DNA of 63,654 nucleotides, filler included, from Stramenopiles sp. TOSAG23-2 (Eukaryota): NCBI GenBank assembly GCA_900128395.1. It is 22 parts of 22 records of this genome, joined end to end, with 100 filler letters (N's around TTAATTAATTAA, not from the genome) between each part and the next. Parts side by side here need not be neighbours in the genome. Positions count along the whole stretch, not along the records: positions 58,006 to 60,780 come from LT651530.1; positions 60,881 to 63,654 come from LT651531.1; 20 more parts are not named here. The stretch is one strand, 5' to 3'. The position numbers were made by a program, and so were the translations under genes. Below, piece by piece: positions 58,687 to 63,654 of the stretch. Position 1 is the stretch's first letter. Every line of letters starts with the position of its first letter. The notes beneath the pieces are model-generated. The model had not been told where the DNA came from, did not search any database, and saw nothing but the letters and a program-made list of their open reading frames with translations.

Positions 58687-60018
58687 ATGTTGAAACATTA
58701 TATACAAATAATTAATTATTCTTCCCGTTGTTTCATTAAACAAAAAGTATTGACAAAAACATATCAACAACAACATTCAAAAAGGTTCACTAGAAATATC
58801 TTCATATCGACTAAACCTTTCTTTATTTATAATAAACAAATTTATAATAATAGTAATAATCATTTTACAATATTCAAAAGCAATATGAGTAACGCACCAG
58901 ACGCTGGAAAAGGTCAACAAGACTTTATCAAAGGATGGCCAAATCCTGAAATCATCAATTATCCAGAATTAAAAGAGAATTTAGCTTCATCTTTCTCAAA
59001 AGCGATTTCAGAACTTTCTTTTTCTGCTTTGAATTATGGAACAAAAGATCAAGGTGCATTTATGCTTGGGCATCCACGTTTTTTAAATGCACTTGCTGGA
59101 TTTTTAAGCAAAGAGTATGGACGTGACGTAGACCCTGGCACGTTAATGAGCACGGGTGGTGGCTCCATGGGTACAGATTTATCCTGCAGAGTACATGCAC
59201 AAGCTGGTGATTATGCTATTTCTGAAGCCCCTACATATTATTTAGCCCACCAAATGTTTCGTGAACGTGGTTTAAATTTACGTGAAGTGCCATTGCAAAA
59301 AGATGGTATGGATTTGGATGCGCTTGAGAAATTAGTTGTGGAATTGGATGGTAAATGTAAATTAGTATATACAGTGCCTGTACACCACAACCCTACCGGT
59401 ATTATTATGCCACAAGCAAAGCGTGAACGTTTGGTTGCTATGGCTCGTAAATACAAATTTTACGTTATTGCTGATGAAGCATACCAATTGTTAAGCTTTG
59501 AAGAAGGTGCACCAGGTGTTGTCCCAATGTATTATGAAGATGATGCATCCGATCCACGTGTGTTATCTATCGGAACATTTTCAAAATTAATTGGCCCAGG
59601 TATTAAAGTTGGTTGGATACAAGCGCATCCATCATTATTAAAACCTATTTCCGGTATTGGTTTTATTAACAGTGGAAACAACCCAGTCATTTTCAATTCA
59701 TGTGGTTTAGCTGAATTCATTGAATCTGGAAATTTAAAAAAACATATTCAATTTGTTTCGAAAGAACTTGGTCGTAAGAAACGATTGTTATGCGAAGAAC
59801 TCAGAAGTGCTGGTTTCGAACCATTTGAACCAACTGGTGGGTACTTTGTTTGGGTGAAAAGCAAAGATGGAAGAATGACTGGTCGCTCAGGAAAAGGAAT
59901 GACGTTAGATCCTCCTGATCAATTTAAAGATTACATGCGTTTATGTTTCGCATGGTTAACAGATGAGCAAATTGTGGAAGGTGTGAAATTTTTAAAAAAT
60001 CAACCAACTAACTTGTAA
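58687..60018 (+). CDS. PLP-dependent class I/II aminotransferase (ARO8/MocR-like) with putative mitochondrial presequence
   Basis: HNPTG, IADEAYQLL, GTFSKLIGPGIKVGW (PLP lysine) and GGYFVWV. The first ~65 aa are basic and lack acidic residues. Confidence 0.92.
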   Translation: MLKHYIQIINYSSRCFIKQKVLTKTYQQQHSKRFTRNIFISTKPFFIYNKQIYNNSNNHFTIFKSNMSNAPDAGKGQQDFIKGWPNPEIINYPELKENLASSFSKAISELSFSALNYGTKDQGAFMLGHPRFLNALAGFLSKEYGRDVDPGTLMSTGGGSMGTDLSCRVHAQAGDYAISEAPTYYLAHQMFRERGLNLREVPLQKDGMDLDALEKLVVELDGKCKLVYTVPVHHNPTGIIMPQAKRERLVAMARKYKFYVIADEAYQLLSFEEGAPGVVPMYYEDDASDPRVLSIGTFSKLIGPGIKVGWIQAHPSLLKPISGIGFINSGNNPVIFNSCGLAEFIESGNLKKHIQFVSKELGRKKRLLCEELRSAGFEPFEPTGGYFVWVKSKDGRMTGRSGKGMTLDPPDQFKDYMRLCFAWLTDEQIVEGVKFLKNQPTNL

Positions 60019-60667
60019 TCGATATATAGTAGGGTCCTATATATATATATAGGAGGCTCTTCCAGAAGAAAAAGAGTCTCTTGTAGTATTAATCTACGAG
60101 GTTTATATATATAGTACAATTCATCTTTTATGAATTTGTTACGATACTTTAATAATGTCGCAAGAATGAGTATCAGAGTGTTTGTGTAGTATATGCTAAT
60201 CTAAGAGAGAGTGAGGAGAGAGGATTAATTTTTTACGACGTACGAACGTACGAAGTAAAATATTAAAAAAATATACGAATAATTTACGAAACGGTTCGTA
60301 TATTAGTAGTAGGAAGCACAAATTAAAAATATAATGTACGATCGTAATTATATACTCGTATATATGGACCTCTTTCAATTTAGCTCTGAATCACAGACAG
60401 AGGAAACATCTTTTGAATACTAAATAATTTTATTACTAAAATTTATAAAAATCATTTTTGATTTGAGATGTTAATAAACGGGAGTAAAAGAATTTTATAT
60501 AACATATGAGTAAGAGAAAAACACATGTACGTATCATATATATATTTAAAATATAAAAAATTATTATAACACTTTTTAGATTTTAACCACATCACTTATA
60601 TACTCCGTATGCATATAATTAATTTTATTCGTTCGTATATTTTTACACGCGTTTTATAAAAATTGTT

Positions 60668-60780
60668 TTAAATAGCCTGTTCCATATTCTCCAACACCCA
60701 TTTTGTAAAAATTCCAGCAGAATCTTCTGTACCATAAAACGTTGTATCATCAACACTTTCAAAATTAGATGGCAATACAG
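60668..60780 (-). CDS. 3' end of an unknown gene convergent with the aminotransferase
   Basis: Open frame VLPSNFESVDDTTFYGTEDSAGIFTKWVLENMEQAI-TAA from the contig edge. Confidence 0.55.
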
Positions 60781-61398
60781 NNNNNNNNNNNNNNNNNNNN
60801 NNNNNNNNNNNNNNNNNNNNNNNNTTAATTAATTAANNNNNNNNNNNNNNNNNNNNNNNNNNNNNNNNNNNNNNNNNNNNGTGTAAGTGTGATTATAAAA
60901 TAGCATGGTAATAGTATTACGGAAATCGGGACACTTTTTTTTTTCAGGAGACTTTTTAAGGTCAAATGTTCAACACTCAATGTCCAGCTTCAAAATGGTA
61001 CGACAATATTAGCTCTACGATGCACCAGCACACCATGTTGATGTTACTCCCGAAGGTACTCTGCTGGCACTCGGCATTTTCCGTATCTCAAATTTATCGG
61101 AAATCCACGTTCGCGAACCAAAGACTACTCTATCAAGTTAAAATTTGTAGTGTACTAATAAATTTGTCTCTCCAGCATTCCAAGCATTCCAGGCATTCAT
61201 GACTACAGACTTTCCACTTTCCGGTATTCTTTATTTTATGATTTAAGATTTATATGCAACGATTAATGAAATATTACTTCTTTATTATACTATTTTATAT
61301 ATATATACGGCTTCGTATAAAAATGTCTTTTTCTTTTTTTTCAGTTGTTTTTAAAATAATTACTTTATCTAGATTTATTTTTTTTCATTTCATATCAT

Positions 61399-63654
61399 TT
61401 ATTCTTCTGTTTTTTCAAATTCGACTGTTTGCACTTTCATAGCACTATTCATTCCTCCTTCTTTATCTAAGAATATCTTGTGATCTTTCAGATCCATGTC
61501 AATCTTCTCTTTTAACTCTGTTATATTAAATGCTAATTTACCATTTGCAGATCTTCGAGGATATACAACTCGTATAAATAGCATATATGCATTTCTATCG
61601 TCATAAGTCACTTCAATAACTGGTACTGTACCACCCCAGTTACGACGATCAGATTCACGCCATTTCAATTTAACAATATCATTTCCAAGTCCATAGTCAT
61701 AGATGCTTTCAACCATTGTATCTTCTTTAGTTGCAACCCATTGTAACAATCTATCAACATCGATTTCACGCTCAACACGTTGGGAGAAGATAATATCACC
61801 CTCTGCTTTTAACGAATAACGTTTAAAGCACCAATTGACGAATAAAGCGGCAACGAACCAGAAGAATAGACTTAACAAGAACCATATCATTGGAGTTGTA
61901 TTGATAAGCGCATCTGCCAAGCCAAGGAACCAATCGCTATTCATGACCGTCCAGTCTCCAGTAAGTCTATCTAAGAATGCAAATGCCATTCCACCAGCTA
62001 TTAAAACTAATATTAATTCAAGTGCAATTGTCGTTCTGCGATTTGTAGCTAATTGCCTTGATACTTTAGTCATAACGATTTCTTGGTTATATTGAACTGA
62101 AAACATTTTTTGCTCGCTAACTACGTTTGTCAGTCCAAGCAAAAAATCCATTTGATTGCGTGAACCACGCATATTTTTTACAAGATCCGTAACACGTCTC
62201 TCTAACTGACCACGCAATTTCGCCAATTGCAACCTTTCATATAATGCTCTTCCAGCTTGCTCAGGTGGTTCAGGAGGGACTTCCATTATCGATAAACTTT
62301 CTCTCATATAACCTAAAATTTCTTCCATCTGAATGATATCTCTTGAAATAACTGCCATTCTTGAACGGATAGTTAAAATAGCTTGTGGATCTTCGTGCGC
62401 TTTGTCAATAATAATTTTTGTTTTATTCATAACATCTTGCACTATAAACATTCGATTGAAATAATTACGTACGAAAACGTCCAAGGATTCGAATTGTAAA
62501 TATGCACATAGTAATGGTTCGTGATGGCGTGAATTTGGGCCAGCTAAAAGCATACCATGTGCACCAAAGATCAATGTATCATGTTCACTGATATCAAATG
62601 CCGCGCGAGTCTCGCCAACTACTTGTTTCAACTCATTTTCATATTCTCCCTTGTCCATATATTCCTCAGCAGTTAAATGTGGTGTAATTTCATTTGCTAT
62701 GATTAAACTGAATTTATCACGACTTGCAGCATCATTATTAAAGATTAAATCCATTAAATTGCGTTGATATGCTGAGATAACACTATCAACAATTTTCGAA
62801 CTGTCTTGATGTACATCTACCAGCAATCGTGATAAATGATCCAATGAAATATTATCTTTAATACGATCCATTACAGCTTCTATTTGCATTCCATAATACA
62901 TCGTACCATCCGCGTGCATTGAAACACCAAACGTTTCCACTTGAACGATACCTTCTTCCTCTGGAAAATGAATATCTGCTTCAAAGTTAACATGTGACGT
63001 TAAACTATAATCTAAAATATTTACTGAAGTTAAGCCAGGAGGAACTTCAAATTTTGTGCCTGCTGAATCGCTATCTAACAGTGCAGTAAAAAAACCACCT
63101 TGTACCCGTTCAGTGGATCCTAGATTCTCATTCAATGCAACCACTTGATTAGCACCAGTTGGTATATATTCAGCAACCATACATGATACACTATTTAAAG
63201 TAACCACCTCATCTAACTCGTCTGCAATATTGCTTTCCCCCGTGTTACATTCATGAGCACGATGGGCATTTGATAATGTTGGTCTACCACCATGACGTAA
63301 ACATTGTGGTGTATATGCGCTAGAGACGTAGGATACGTCTTCCGTTTCAGTGACTGTGGAACGTCTACTGAAACTTTCCGTTTGCAACCAATATTCATCG
63401 CCATCCCAGTGTACACGCAACAAACCTTCTGCACCACGTGTTCCGGGTGCATATACTAACTCATGTACAGCTTCTTTGTCTGCTTTTGATAATTGTCTCA
63501 TAAGCTCTAAACCTTTTTGACTCACCTGGTAACATGTAACAGGTTTATATTCAGTACTACTCAGCTTCAAGCCGTTTATTAATTCTTCTTCTCTTAGAAA
63601 ATCAATATCACTATTACCTTCCTGTGTTGTATTAAAATATTTACGACGTCCTTG
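61399..63654 (-). CDS. Uncharacterised membrane protein: winged-helix-like N-terminus, long helices, two C-terminal TMs; 5'-partial
   Basis: More than 750 codons open to the window end, with high-complexity sequence and TMs IALELILVLIAGGMAFAFL and MIWFLLSLFFWFVAALFVNW. Confidence 0.85.
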   Translation of the reverse strand, partial: QGRRKYFNTTQEGNSDIDFLREEELINGLKLSSTEYKPVTCYQVSQKGLELMRQLSKADKEAVHELVYAPGTRGAEGLLRVHWDGDEYWLQTESFSRRSTVTETEDVSYVSSAYTPQCLRHGGRPTLSNAHRAHECNTGESNIADELDEVVTLNSVSCMVAEYIPTGANQVVALNENLGSTERVQGGFFTALLDSDSAGTKFEVPPGLTSVNILDYSLTSHVNFEADIHFPEEEGIVQVETFGVSMHADGTMYYGMQIEAVMDRIKDNISLDHLSRLLVDVHQDSSKIVDSVISAYQRNLMDLIFNNDAASRDKFSLIIANEITPHLTAEEYMDKGEYENELKQVVGETRAAFDISEHDTLIFGAHGMLLAGPNSRHHEPLLCAYLQFESLDVFVRNYFNRMFIVQDVMNKTKIIIDKAHEDPQAILTIRSRMAVISRDIIQMEEILGYMRESLSIMEVPPEPPEQAGRALYERLQLAKLRGQLERRVTDLVKNMRGSRNQMDFLLGLTNVVSEQKMFSVQYNQEIVMTKVSRQLATNRRTTIALELILVLIAGGMAFAFLDRLTGDWTVMNSDWFLGLADALINTTPMIWFLLSLFFWFVAALFVNWCFKRYSLKAEGDIIFSQRVEREIDVDRLLQWVATKEDTMVESIYDYGLGNDIVKLKWRESDRRNWGGTVPVIEVTYDDRNAYMLFIRVVYPRRSANGKLAFNITELKEKIDMDLKDHKIFLDKEGGMNSAMKVQTVEFEKTEE

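Noticed and set aside
60914..61229. MITE bounded by TTACGGAAATCGGGA / TTTCCACTTTCCGGTA
   Set aside because: The terminal match is too degenerate and no TSD or second copy is visible.
1..63654. Operon-like or multi-gene system spanning the window; tRNA/rRNA genes
   Set aside because: Contigs are ordered by length, so cross-linker adjacency is meaningless. No cloverleaf or rRNA-like sequence was recognised by eye.

Overview
This window is not contiguous. It is 22 unrelated contigs of about 2.8 kb, sorted by decreasing length (2824 to 2774 bp) and joined by 100-bp N44-TTAATTAATTAA-N44 linkers, so gene neighbourhood is meaningful only within a contig. The DNA is from an AT-rich, gene-dense, intron-poor eukaryote using the standard code. 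Axonemal dynein and Sfi1-like repeats suggest a flagellated protist; a stramenopile-like single-cell or metagenomic assembly is my inference. Recognisable genes: POLA2 (one intron), dynein heavy-chain tail, HSD17B10, GTF3C3 tail, ABCD-type transporter, ADCY10-like STAND/TPR region, Deg/HtrA protease, TMEM14, UROD, GST, myotubularin, a PLP aminotransferase, two MFS transporters, a GxGYxYP-family protein, and TPR, LRR and EF-hand proteins. Likely amplification or assembly artefacts are common: a whole-contig palindrome, inversion chimeras, tandem duplications and homopolymer frameshifts. The most interesting signals are (1) a short TACG-N(1-8)-CGTA palindrome concentrated downstream of stop codons on many independent contigs, with different motifs (TACCWGGTA, AATAGCAT) in 5' regions; (2) an MFS transporter fused to an LBR-type Tudor domain; (3) a CpG-depleted decaying contig suggesting methylation-driven mutation; (4) a multi-Frizzled-CRD mucin-like protein; (5) an ER-retained GST; (6) a membrane-anchored UROD with Trp in place of the conserved His; and (7) several MITE- or hAT-like inverted-repeat elements. 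All calls are by-eye motif recognition; no searches were run.
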